64,000 bases of DNA from Candidatus Buchananbacteria bacterium (lineage in GTDB: Bacteria; Patescibacteriota; Patescibacteriia; 2-01-FULL-39-33): assembly GCA_903888345.1 (NCBI GenBank), contig CAISTG010000007.1:1075-65074 (forward strand), in the 5' to 3' direction. Below are positions 27,030-35,813 of the stretch, one piece after another. Made by a program: the position numbers and the translations under genes. A model generated the notes under the pieces. It was not told where the DNA came from. It was given only the letters and a program-made list of their open reading frames with translations, and did not search any database. How positions within the stretch are numbered: the stretch's first letter is position 1; every line of letters starts with the position of its first letter.

Positions 27030-28406
27030 ATGCCAGAAGTAAAACCAGAAATCGAGACCATAGCTAAGATTAAGGTAGTCGGAATTGGAGGATCCGGCGG
27101 CTCCGCCGTTAATCGGATGATCGCAGCCAAAATTCGTGGTGTTGATTTTATTGCAATCAACACCGATGTCCAAGCCTTGCATCATAGTATTGCCAAGACC
27201 AAGTTTCATATTGGCCAAAAAATTACTCGCGGTTTGGGTGCTGGTATGAATCCAGCGGTTGGATTGGCAGCGGCGCAAGAAAATTCTTCCGACATTAAGG
27301 ACATGCTCAAGGGTACTGATATGGTGTTTATTACCTGTGGCTTGGGTGGTGGTACCGGTACGGGTGCCTCACCGATTATCGCGCAAATTGCTCGAGAAGC
27401 CGGAGCTTTGGTAGTGGCCGTTGTCACTAAACCATTCGCGTTTGAGGGTAAACAACGTAGCCAAATCGCCGAAGAGGGACTTGAAGTGTTGCGTCCGATG
27501 GTTGACGCTATTATCACTATTCCCAATGAAAAGATTTGGCAGGTAGTTGATCAGAAGACTTCATTTTTAGATGCCTTTAAAGAAGTTGATGATATTTTAA
27601 GACAGGGAATTCAAGGTATTTCAGAAATTATCACTGTCCCAGCCTTAATTAATGTCGATTTTGCTGATGTGAAGGCAATTATGAAGGAGGCGGGCTCGGC
27701 TTTGATGGCGATTGGTGAGGGATCGGGTGAAAATCGTGCGGCCATGGCAGCGAAGGCTGCTGTATCATCACCTTTACTTGATTTATCGATTGATGGCGCT
27801 AAGGGCGTGCTGTTTGTGATCTCCGGCAGCAGTGATTTAGCCATGAGCGAAGTTAATGAAATCGCTTCTATTATTACGGCTGGCGTTGACGAGAATGCCA
27901 AGATTATTTTTGGTGCCAATATAGACGAAGGCCTAAAAGATAAGGTTCGGGTTACTTTAGTGGCAACCGGTTTTGGTGAAAATTTCAAAAAACAACAACG
28001 AGCCGGAGATAAAGATTCTTGGACTAGTAAAATAAACAATATTTTTGTGGAACGTCCGATTGGCAAAGAAGAGGCTGAACCCGTTAAATTTAGTAATCGG
28101 GCGGCGATTGGCAGTGATGAGCCACGAGTAGTGAGGGTGCGAACGGCGCCAGTGGAAGAACCGAAGAAATCCTTCTTTGGCTTTGGTGGTGGTCGCGAAG
28201 AAGCGAAAGACGAGCTAGATGTTCCACCGATCTTGCGACGAGGTGGGAACTTCAAGCCGCTCGACACTGTTAGTCAGGAAGAGGATGATAATGAGGTCCT
28301 TTCCGCACCAACTTTTAGTGATCGTGAGCCCCTAATGCCGGAAAACGAAGAGGCTGATGAAGACGATTTGGAATTGCCTAGCTTCATTAGAAAAAAGATG
28401 AAGTAA
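27030..28406 (+). CDS. ftsZ: cell division GTPase FtsZ with long C-terminal extension
   Basis: 458 aa. Tubulin signature GLGGGTGTGASPIIAQIA. VVGIGGSGGSAVNRM. T7 loop region. Confidence 0.95.
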   Translation: MPEVKPEIETIAKIKVVGIGGSGGSAVNRMIAAKIRGVDFIAINTDVQALHHSIAKTKFHIGQKITRGLGAGMNPAVGLAAAQENSSDIKDMLKGTDMVFITCGLGGGTGTGASPIIAQIAREAGALVVAVVTKPFAFEGKQRSQIAEEGLEVLRPMVDAIITIPNEKIWQVVDQKTSFLDAFKEVDDILRQGIQGISEIITVPALINVDFADVKAIMKEAGSALMAIGEGSGENRAAMAAKAAVSSPLLDLSIDGAKGVLFVISGSSDLAMSEVNEIASIITAGVDENAKIIFGANIDEGLKDKVRVTLVATGFGENFKKQQRAGDKDSWTSKINNIFVERPIGKEEAEPVKFSNRAAIGSDEPRVVRVRTAPVEEPKKSFFGFGGGREEAKDELDVPPILRRGGNFKPLDTVSQEEDDNEVLSAPTFSDREPLMPENEEADEDDLELPSFIRKKMK

Positions 28407-28436
28407 AAATAAAAGTCAAGTTTAGAAATATTCTTA

Positions 28437-28465
28437 AAAACTCGGTATTTTACTGAGTTTTTTTG
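28437..28465 (+). terminator. intrinsic terminator after ftsZ
   Basis: aaaactcggta / tactgagtttt stem (one G-U) with 3-nt loop and T7 run. Confidence 0.5.
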
Positions 28466-28581
28466 ATAATTAAGAATATCTTTTAGGTGTTTTTGTTGAT
28501 AAAATATAATGGGCGTTTTTGGGTGTGGATAACACTTCTAAACTAAAATATTTAACACAAAAATAGCTAATTACAACCGCT

Positions 28582-28610
28582 TTGACAGTGACTTCTGGGA
28601 CGGGTATAAT
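28582..28610 (+). promoter_or_regulatory. consensus sigma70 promoter for nrdD (TTGACA-17-TATAAT)
   Basis: ttgaca 28582..28587, 17-nt spacer, tataat 28605..28610. About 40 nt upstream of the nrdD ATG. Confidence 0.55.
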
Positions 28611-28652
28611 GATACTAATTAAAGCCTTAAAAATAAAAATTGATTGCTACTT

Positions 28653-30701
28653 ATGGAGACGCAAATTAAGCAAATTCGCAAACGAAACGGTGAAATTTCT
28701 GATTTTGACCAAAAAAAGATTACCGCAGCTATTTATAAATCATTAGCGGCAGTAGGTCGTGATGATGAGGCTTTAGCTAGTAAGCTTTCGGATCAGGTTG
28801 TTCATATTATGAACAGCAAGTTTCATCCTCGATCAATCCCGGCCATTGAAGAAGTTCAGGATACCGTAGAAGAGGTTTTAATTAAAGAAGATTTAGTCAA
28901 AGCGGCTAAGTCCTATATTATTTATCGCGAACAACATGCTCGTTTGCGTGAACTCAAGCAATTATTGGATTCTAATGATATTATTGAAGGCTATTTAAAG
29001 AAAATGGATTGGCGCGTCAAAGAAAATGCTAACATGGCCTATTCTTTACAGGGCTTAAATAACCACGTGGCTTCCGCTGTTTCCTCTCACTACTGGTTAA
29101 ATAAGATTTATCCGCCGGAAATTAGAAACGCTCATAATGATGGCACTGTCCACTTGCATGATTTACAGATTTTGGCAGTTTACTGTTGTGGTTGGGATTT
29201 ACAGACTTTATTGCGCGTCGGTTTTAGTGGCGTGGAGGGAAAAGTTCAGTCCAAGCCACCAAAGCGCTTTCGTTCGGCCTTGGGTCAAGTAGTTAATTTT
29301 TTCTATACCTTGCAGGGTGAGGCCGCTGGCGCTCAAGCCTTTGCTGACTTTGATACTTTGCTCGCTCCTTTTATCCGATATGAAGCACTCGATTATAAAC
29401 AGGTGAAGCAAGCGATCCAGGAATTCGTCTTCAATATGAATGTGCCGACTCGAGTAGGGTTCCAAACTCCTTTTACTAACTTAACTTTTGACCTAGCCTG
29501 CCCGAAGACTCTGGCCAATGAGCCAGTAGTTATTGGTGGTGTGCCGCAGCGTGAAACTTACAAGGATTTTCAGCGAGAGATGGATATGATCAATCGCGCC
29601 TTTGCTGAGGTGATGATGGAGGGTGATGCCAAGGGACGTGTATTTACTTTTCCAATTCCGACCTATAATATTTCCGAAGATTTCAATTGGGATAATGAGG
29701 TGTTAGATCCAATTTGGGAAATGACCGCCAAGTATGGTATTCCATATTTTGCCAACTTTGTTAATTCCGACATGAAAGCGGAAGACGCTCGTTCCATGTG
29801 TTGTCGCTTACGTTTAGATAATCGTGAATTGCGCAAGCGTGGTGGTGGAATGTTTGCCGCCAACCCTTTAACTGGTTCAATTGGTGTCGTTACGATCAAT
29901 TTGCCGCGCATTGGTTATTTATCTAAAGGTAATAAGCAGGCTTTCTTTTCGAGATTATCTCAGACTATGGATTTGTCTCGTGTTTCTTTGAAATTAAAGC
30001 GCAATGTTTTAGAAAATTTCACTGAAATGGGGCTCTATCCTTATTCTCGTTTTTATTTGGGTGACATTAAAGAGCGCTTTGGACAGTATTGGCGTAATCA
30101 TTTCAATACTATTGGGTTAAATGGCATGAATGAGGCGATGGTCAATTTCTTGGGCAAGCCCTTGTCTTCGAAAGAGGGCGGCGAATTTGCGACCGAAGTG
30201 ATGGATTTCATGTTACAACGTTTGGGCCAGTATCAAGAAGAAGATGACCAGTTATATAACTTAGAGGCTACGCCAGCTGAGGGCGCCACTTATCGTTTCG
30301 CCAAACGCGACAAAGAATTGTACCCAGACATTGTTGTCGCCAATGAAGAAAACTTCCAGAGCAAGGGTGCCGCTCCCTATTATACTAACTCCACTCATTT
30401 CCCCGTTAATTATTCCACCGATATTTTTGATGTTTTAGAAAAGCAAGATGGTTTGCAAATTAAGTATACTGGCGGAACAGTCGTGCATATTTTCTTGGGT
30501 GAGAAATTACCAGATATTAAGAGCACAAAAGCCTTAGTCAAAAAAGTTGCCGAATCCTTCAAGCTACCTTATTACACCTTAACCCCAACTTTCTCGATTT
30601 GTCCGAAACACGGCTACTTGCCAGGTGAGCATCGCTTCTGCCCGATGTGCGACAACGAAGTCGGTTACATCCGGGAGCAGAAAGAAAAATTACCCCTTTA
30701 A
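28653..30701 (+). CDS. nrdD: anaerobic ribonucleoside-triphosphate reductase (class III), ATP-cone plus catalytic body plus Zn ribbon; the ORF ends before a complete glycyl-radical domain
   Basis: ATG at 28653 (the track uses a TTG at 28644). N-terminal ATP-cone IRKRNGEISDFDQKKITAAI. C-terminal Zn ribbon CPKHGY...CPMC. Ends ...DNEVGYIREQKEKLPL then TAA. Confidence 0.85.
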   Translation: METQIKQIRKRNGEISDFDQKKITAAIYKSLAAVGRDDEALASKLSDQVVHIMNSKFHPRSIPAIEEVQDTVEEVLIKEDLVKAAKSYIIYREQHARLRELKQLLDSNDIIEGYLKKMDWRVKENANMAYSLQGLNNHVASAVSSHYWLNKIYPPEIRNAHNDGTVHLHDLQILAVYCCGWDLQTLLRVGFSGVEGKVQSKPPKRFRSALGQVVNFFYTLQGEAAGAQAFADFDTLLAPFIRYEALDYKQVKQAIQEFVFNMNVPTRVGFQTPFTNLTFDLACPKTLANEPVVIGGVPQRETYKDFQREMDMINRAFAEVMMEGDAKGRVFTFPIPTYNISEDFNWDNEVLDPIWEMTAKYGIPYFANFVNSDMKAEDARSMCCRLRLDNRELRKRGGGMFAANPLTGSIGVVTINLPRIGYLSKGNKQAFFSRLSQTMDLSRVSLKLKRNVLENFTEMGLYPYSRFYLGDIKERFGQYWRNHFNTIGLNGMNEAMVNFLGKPLSSKEGGEFATEVMDFMLQRLGQYQEEDDQLYNLEATPAEGATYRFAKRDKELYPDIVVANEENFQSKGAAPYYTNSTHFPVNYSTDIFDVLEKQDGLQIKYTGGTVVHIFLGEKLPDIKSTKALVKKVAESFKLPYYTLTPTFSICPKHGYLPGEHRFCPMCDNEVGYIREQKEKLPL

Positions 30702-30719
30702 TTAATAACATAAAAACCT

Positions 30720-30890
30720 ATGGAAGGTGACAACAAAGAGCAGTTACGACAACCCTGCGAAGTGTATTCTCGCATCGTTGGCTACATTCGACCAGTCGAC
30801 CAATGGAACCCGGGCAAGCAAGCGGAATTTTCCGACCGGAGTACCTTTGAATCAGGCTGTTCGTGTACTGGTGAGGAATTCACAGTCTAA
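30720..30890 (+). CDS. stand-alone glycyl-radical module of NrdD (56 aa), same frame as nrdD, separated by two TAA stops
   Basis: MEGDNKEQLRQPCEVYSRIVGYIRPVDQWNPGKQAEFSDR... aligns with the E. coli NrdD C-terminus RRVCGYLGSPDARPFNAGKQEEVKRR (radical Gly). Below the 60-aa cutoff of the ORF track. Confidence 0.55.
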   Translation: MEGDNKEQLRQPCEVYSRIVGYIRPVDQWNPGKQAEFSDRSTFESGCSCTGEEFTV

Positions 30891-30936
30891 CTTGACTTGG
30901 TTAGGAGGTTTGTTGTAATAAAAAGAACTACAGTTT

Positions 30937-31626
30937 ATGCTTATTGGCGGCTTACAGCCCGTAACCCTTTTAGATTATCCGCAAAAAGTGGCAGCAATCA
31001 TATTCACCGCAGGGTGCAATATGCGCTGTCCTTTTTGTTATAATTTCAAATTGGTTTTGCCGGAATTGATTAATCGTGATAATCTATATGAAGAAGACAA
31101 GGTCATTGATTTCTTAAAAAGGCGTAAGAAATACCTTGACGGCTTAGTAATTACCGGTGGTGAACCGACACTGCAGCCAGACCTACCTGAGTTTTTGCGG
31201 AAGATGAAAAAAATTGGCTATTCGATTAAGCTCGACACTAATGGTCTCTGGCCGGAAGTGGTGGCGGCCTTGATCGAAGAGGGTTTGGTAGATTATATTG
31301 CCATGGACATCAAGGGCCCGAAAGATAGTTACGAAAAATTTGCCGGTGTTAAAGCGGGTCGGATTGAAGAAACTATTAGTTTAATAATGAATTCCGCTTT
31401 ACCTTATGAATTTCGTAGTACGCTCGTCAAGGGCTTGCATATGGCGGAGGACATTACGTTAATGGCAGAGTTGATTAAGGGTTCCGATTTGTATTATTTA
31501 CAAAATTATGGCACCAGTGATCCACTCGCTGGTCCAAATTTTAAGGGGCGCTCCTTTACGATCAAAGAATTGACTGAGTTTCAGTCGTTAATTGGTAATC
31601 AAGTTAAAAGTTGCTCAATTAGATAA
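30937..31626 (+). CDS. nrdG: anaerobic ribonucleotide reductase activating protein (radical SAM)
   Basis: 229 aa. Radical-SAM CNMRCPFCYN cluster. GGEPTL SAM-binding motif. Confidence 0.85.
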   Translation: MLIGGLQPVTLLDYPQKVAAIIFTAGCNMRCPFCYNFKLVLPELINRDNLYEEDKVIDFLKRRKKYLDGLVITGGEPTLQPDLPEFLRKMKKIGYSIKLDTNGLWPEVVAALIEEGLVDYIAMDIKGPKDSYEKFAGVKAGRIEETISLIMNSALPYEFRSTLVKGLHMAEDITLMAELIKGSDLYYLQNYGTSDPLAGPNFKGRSFTIKELTEFQSLIGNQVKSCSIR

Positions 31627-31638
31627 AGTGACGCCACT

Positions 31639-31787
31639 GTGTCATTCTGGACTCTCTTTATGTCGTGGATGGTTCACTGTATGTCATTCCGGGCTTGATC
31701 CGGAATTTGCGCCCTTACTAATGACACGCAACGAGATTCCGGCTCAAGGCCGGAATGACAAGGGGAGGGGCCGGGAATAAGGCCGCC
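31639..31787. repeat. solo copy of MITE-like palindromic element (GTCATTCCGG...CCGGAATGACA termini)
   Basis: tgtcattctgg (degenerate), tgtcattccgggcttgatccggaat, attccggctcaaggccggaatgaca. Homologous to copies at 45.1-45.5 kb and 46.57 kb. Confidence 0.7.
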
Positions 31788-31826
31788 AATATAGTTATTA
31801 TACTAATTCTCAATTAATCCAAAAAT

Positions 31827-32072
31827 ATGCCCAACAATGAATTAGAAGAACTGAAAAGTCTGGTTGTTGAAAATAACGTCGCGCTTAAATTATTAACCGA
31901 AGATATGCAGGGCGTTAAGAGATATATGAAGATTCGGATGTGGGTCAGTATTTCTTGGGTGGTTTTATTTATTTTATCAACCTTACTAGCGGCGATTTCG
32001 TTACCGGGCATTATTAAGGGTTACACTGGTAATTTTCCCGCAATCATGGATACAGTAAAACTTCTGTATTAA
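31827..32072 (+). CDS. hypothetical small tail-anchored membrane protein
   Basis: 81 aa. C-terminal TM VSISWVVLFILSTLLAAISLPGII. No family recognised. Confidence 0.4.
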   Translation: MPNNELEELKSLVVENNVALKLLTEDMQGVKRYMKIRMWVSISWVVLFILSTLLAAISLPGIIKGYTGNFPAIMDTVKLLY

Positions 32073-32083
32073 TTTTAATTATT

Positions 32084-33188
32084 ATGAACGAGCTCAGCGA
32101 GCAAATAAAGGTTTTGGCAGAAAAAATTTCTGCTACTTGGAGGTTACTTTGACCTTGATCAAACCAAAAAAGAATTAGCTGAATTAGAAACGGAGTTACA
32201 AGCTCCGGATTTTTGGGCTGATCAAGATCGGGCCAAAGAACTTTCTCAGCGCTATCAGAATTTAAAATCTGAATTGGGGGTATGGGATCAATTGACTAAT
32301 GATGTTAAGGACTTGGAGGAGTTAGCGGAATTATTTTCCGCCAATCATGACGAAGATGGTCAACAGCAGGAACTCAAAGAAAAATTAACCAAACTATCAG
32401 AACAATTTAAAAAATTAGAATTTAATGTGTTATTCGCCGGTCCGCATGATGCTAGTAATGCGATTTTGTCGTTACATGCTGGTACTGGTGGTGTTGACGC
32501 CATGGACTGGGCAAGCATGTTGCTAAGAATGTATTTGCGTTTTTGTGAACGGCATGGCTTTACCGCGAAAATCATTGACGAAACTCCAGGCGCGGAAGCG
32601 GGGATTAAAAGTGTTACGCTCGAGATCACTGGTCGCTTTGCTTATGGTTGGTTAAAGTCCGAAGCGGGAGTGCATCGTTTAGTACGAATTTCGCCATTTG
32701 ATGCGGAAAAAATGCGCCATACTTCTTTTGCTTTAGCCGAAGTCTTGCCGGAAATTATTGAAACTGATGATAATTCGATTATTAAAGAAGAGGATTTAAA
32801 GATCGACGTTTTTCGCTCTGGTGGCAGTGGCGGTCAATCAGTTAATACGACTGATTCGGCGGTGCGCATTACTCATTTGCCGACGGGGATCATGGTAAAA
32901 TGTCAAAATGAACGATCACAACTACAAAATCGTAATTTAGCGCTCAAAGTTTTAAAGGCGAAGTTGGCGGTATATTATGAAGAACGCGCCAGTAAGAATT
33001 TGGAAGAGATTAAGGGAGAGCATCGTCGCGCTGAGTGGGGCAATCAGGCCCGATCTTATGTCTTAGCGCCCTATCGCCTCGTTAAGGATCATCGCACTGA
33101 ATATGAGACGGCGGATACTGATCGCGTTCTTGATGGCGAGATTGATGATTTTGTCGAAAAATTTCTACGTTTTAAAATAGAAAAATAA
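32084..33188 (+). CDS. prfB: peptide chain release factor 2, expressed via programmed +1 frameshift (join 32084..32149, 32151..33188)
   Basis: ORF0 MNELSEQIKVLAEKISATWRLL stops at UGA 32150..32152. The +1 frame continues LDLDQTKKELAELETELQAPDFW... through to the GGQ motif SGGSGGQSVNTTDSAVRITHLPTG. Confidence 0.85.
32139..32153 (+). promoter_or_regulatory. RF2 autoregulatory frameshift site: internal SD GGAGG, 3-nt spacer, CUU UGA C
   Basis: ggagg tta ctt tga c. Identical spacing to the canonical E. coli prfB site. Confidence 0.8.
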
Positions 33189-33192
33189 TTTC

Positions 33193-34650
33193 ATGCTGGA
33201 GGGCAGCCAAATTTTCTTTTGGGCTTTAATATTTTATGTTGCCGGGATTATTCTCGGCAATTTTTTTGCGTCTTGGCCGTTAGCATTTTTTATTTTATTA
33301 TTAGTCAGTATTATTTTGGCGGTGGCTAGCAATAGTTATTTGCGAATTTTATTTATATTTTTAGCTTGTCTGTTTTTCGGCTTGTGGCGATTTCAGATGG
33401 CCTTACCTGATTATGCTGACCAAACTAAGATTTATCATTATAATTCCAGCACGGTGGAATTTAGTGGGCAGGTGACAGAAGCAGCGAGTAGTTTGGGGTG
33501 GCAAAACTTAACGGTGGCCGCCCAGACCTTGTCCGCTACGAAAGGCAGGCCAACGGTTAGTGGTAAAGTAAAAATTAGCGCGCCACTGTATCCAGAATAT
33601 CGCCCGGGAGATGTTTTAAAAATCAGTTGTCGTCTTGAAGATTATCGCCAAACCGAAAATACTGGCTATGCCAATTATTTATTTAAAGAAAACACTTTTT
33701 CCACTTGCGGTTTTGCGCAGCTGCGTTATTTAAGTAGCCATTATTCGGTAGCGCGATTTCTATTTCAATTGCGTGGCTATGCTAAGGAACGCATTAATCT
33801 AACTCTCAAAGAACCAGCGGCGGCGATTATAAATGGCATGTTGCTCAACGACACCAAAAATATTCCGCCCAATCTTAATCAATTATTTTCACGCTTGGGG
33901 CTGACCCATATTATCGCTATTTCCGGATCACATTTAGTGATTATTATCTATCTGTTACTTGAGTTACTAATATTTTTTGGCCTTAACCGTTTACAAGCTT
34001 TTTGGCCGGCGGTGGGTTTTATTGTTTTTTATGTGGCACTCGTGGGGGCACCAGCCTCCGCCGTTAGATCTGCCGTGATGGCGATTTTGATGATGTATGC
34101 ACAAAAAATTGGGCGGTTGAGTGATAATAAAAATTTATTAGTCTTAGCGGCTGCGACCATGTCACTGTTTAATCCCAAAGTTTTATTATTTGATGTTGGT
34201 TTTCAGTTATCATTTTTGGCGGTGGTGGGTTTGAGTTATTTTTCGGGAACCTTAAAGCAATGGTTGAAGTTTATTCCAGAAAAATTTGATTTACGAGAAA
34301 TCATCGCCGCAACTGCTAGTGCTCAGTTATTAACTTATCCACTGATTATCTACTATTTCGGTGGCTTCTCTCCTTATTCACTTTTGGCTAATGTGCTGAT
34401 TTTACCAATCGTACCCTTACTAATGGGAATCGCCATTCTAAATTTAGGCGTCGCTTTAGTCTGGATTTTTGGTGGTCAAATTATCGGAATATTAACAATG
34501 TTAATGGTCGCATACTGGTTAAAGGTGTCAGAATTATTGGTTGGTTTACCGGGGAGTTATTGGCAGGTAACTTTGCCTTGGTGGGTGTTGTTATCTATTT
34601 ATGGCTTAATTGGTTGTGGCTATTATTTTTTGCATCGAAAACGCACTTAG
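33193..34650 (+). CDS. comEC: ComEC/Rec2 DNA-uptake channel (DUF4131 plus competence domain, lacks the metallo-beta-lactamase domain)
   Basis: 485 aa polytopic. LGLTHIIAISGSHLVIIIYLLLE signature. Multiple TM segments. Confidence 0.8.
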   Translation: MLEGSQIFFWALIFYVAGIILGNFFASWPLAFFILLLVSIILAVASNSYLRILFIFLACLFFGLWRFQMALPDYADQTKIYHYNSSTVEFSGQVTEAASSLGWQNLTVAAQTLSATKGRPTVSGKVKISAPLYPEYRPGDVLKISCRLEDYRQTENTGYANYLFKENTFSTCGFAQLRYLSSHYSVARFLFQLRGYAKERINLTLKEPAAAIINGMLLNDTKNIPPNLNQLFSRLGLTHIIAISGSHLVIIIYLLLELLIFFGLNRLQAFWPAVGFIVFYVALVGAPASAVRSAVMAILMMYAQKIGRLSDNKNLLVLAAATMSLFNPKVLLFDVGFQLSFLAVVGLSYFSGTLKQWLKFIPEKFDLREIIAATASAQLLTYPLIIYYFGGFSPYSLLANVLILPIVPLLMGIAILNLGVALVWIFGGQIIGILTMLMVAYWLKVSELLVGLPGSYWQVTLPWWVLLSIYGLIGCGYYFLHRKRT

Positions 34651-34705
34651 GTTTTGGCATTTTTTATTGTCTGGTGTTATAATATAGGTAACTAAATATT
34701 TTTTT

Positions 34706-35770
34706 ATGAAAAAAATACTATTCTTATTGTTTGCTTTGGCATTAGTTTTAACGGTAAGTAATAAACCGGTTCAGGCCGCCTACACCCCAATGGCCGGGGA
34801 CTTAATTAAAACGACCAAATCGCCGGCGGTTTATATTGTTGATGATAATTTGAAGCGTCATTTATTTCCGAATAGTATCACCTTTTGGACTTGGTATTCG
34901 GGAACCTGGGCGGATCAAAATATTAAAGTGATCACTCAAGATGAATTTGATAATCTTGATCCCGGAAAAAATGTTATTGCTCGTCCGGGCGCTAATCTGA
35001 TCATGTTTGATAATAGCAGTAAGTCTTATGCCGAAACGCCTGGTGGAATTTTGTGTGAAACGCGCGCACTTTATGGCGACAATTGGCAAAGTCGAGTTAT
35101 TTCGATTCAATCATCATTTGAAACTGATTATATTAAGGATAATTCTTGTATCATCGGTTCTACCAGCAAGTTTCCCGATGGTACCTTGATTCAATATGTT
35201 AAATCAGCCGATATTTATTTGATTGATGGTGGCAAAAAACGCAAAATCAGCGCCGAAGGTTTTAAGGCGAATGGTTTTAAGACTAATTCGATCATGACTA
35301 ATGTTCCAGTCGCGATGTCCTATACTGCTGGTACGGCGATTAATGTCTTTGACTACAATTTAGGAATTCTATACTCCTTAGCCGACACGCGGGGCGGAGA
35401 AATCGCAGGGCGTCCTGACTTGATTATTTCTGATATTGTTTTTCCGGTGGCCAAAACGGTTGTGAATCAGAGTGTTGCGATCAAATTAATTGTCAAAAAT
35501 ATTGGTGGTAATCTGACCTCGGAGAGCGGAGTACGCAACATTGTTTTTACGGCTGCCGATTGGAGTACGATTAGCGTCTCACATCCTGATTACCCTAGTG
35601 CGACCAATCCCTTACGTACTGGCCAGACTTTTGAGATAACTTATACCGGTAAGTTTATTGCCGCCGGAACCAAGAGTTTTACTGCGAAAGTTGATGAGCC
35701 GAGTGAAGTTATCGAAATAAATGAAAAAAATAACGCTTACTCCGAAGCACTTGTCGTCGCAGCTAACTAA
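34706..35770 (+). CDS. secreted protein with C-terminal CARDB domain
   Basis: Signal peptide MKKILFLLFALALVLTVSNKPVQA. C-terminus ...IKLIVKNIGGNLT...VDEPSEVIEINEKNNAYS (CARDB E-x-NE-x-NN signature). Confidence 0.65.
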   Translation: MKKILFLLFALALVLTVSNKPVQAAYTPMAGDLIKTTKSPAVYIVDDNLKRHLFPNSITFWTWYSGTWADQNIKVITQDEFDNLDPGKNVIARPGANLIMFDNSSKSYAETPGGILCETRALYGDNWQSRVISIQSSFETDYIKDNSCIIGSTSKFPDGTLIQYVKSADIYLIDGGKKRKISAEGFKANGFKTNSIMTNVPVAMSYTAGTAINVFDYNLGILYSLADTRGGEIAGRPDLIISDIVFPVAKTVVNQSVAIKLIVKNIGGNLTSESGVRNIVFTAADWSTISVSHPDYPSATNPLRTGQTFEITYTGKFIAAGTKSFTAKVDEPSEVIEINEKNNAYSEALVVAAN

Positions 35771-35782
35771 AACCTAATTTGA

Positions 35783-35810
35783 GGCGGGCGATTAATTCGC
35801 CCGCTTTTCT
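35783..35810 (+). terminator. intrinsic terminator
   Basis: ggcgggcg-attaatt-cgcccgc followed by ttttct. Confidence 0.5.
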
Positions 35811-35813
35811 AAT

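Noticed and set aside
28644-28652. TTG/GTG starts proposed by the ORF track (nrdD 28644, pilM-like 36723, A' 42129)
   Set aside because: In each case an in-frame ATG with a better-placed Shine-Dalgarno or promoter lies just downstream (28653, 36780, 42144). The ATG starts are preferred, with moderate confidence.
30699-30713. Possibility that the two stops splitting nrdD are recoded sense codons (alternative genetic code)
   Set aside because: Both are TAA, which is not reassigned in codes 4 or 25. The intact RF2 frameshift site shows that UGA is also a stop here.
30727-30918. Track ORF 30727..30918 (63 aa) between nrdD and nrdG
   Set aside because: It is out of frame relative to nrdD and has no recognisable motif. 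The overlapping frame 30720..30890 encodes a clear NrdD glycyl-radical motif and is preferred.
31592-31780. Track ORFs over the palindromic elements (31592..31780 +, 45397..45600 +, 44936..45247 -, 44953..45153 -)
   Set aside because: They are translations of the stop-free frame of the repeat element (HSGL(D/E)PE... peptides on both strands). They are not independent genes.
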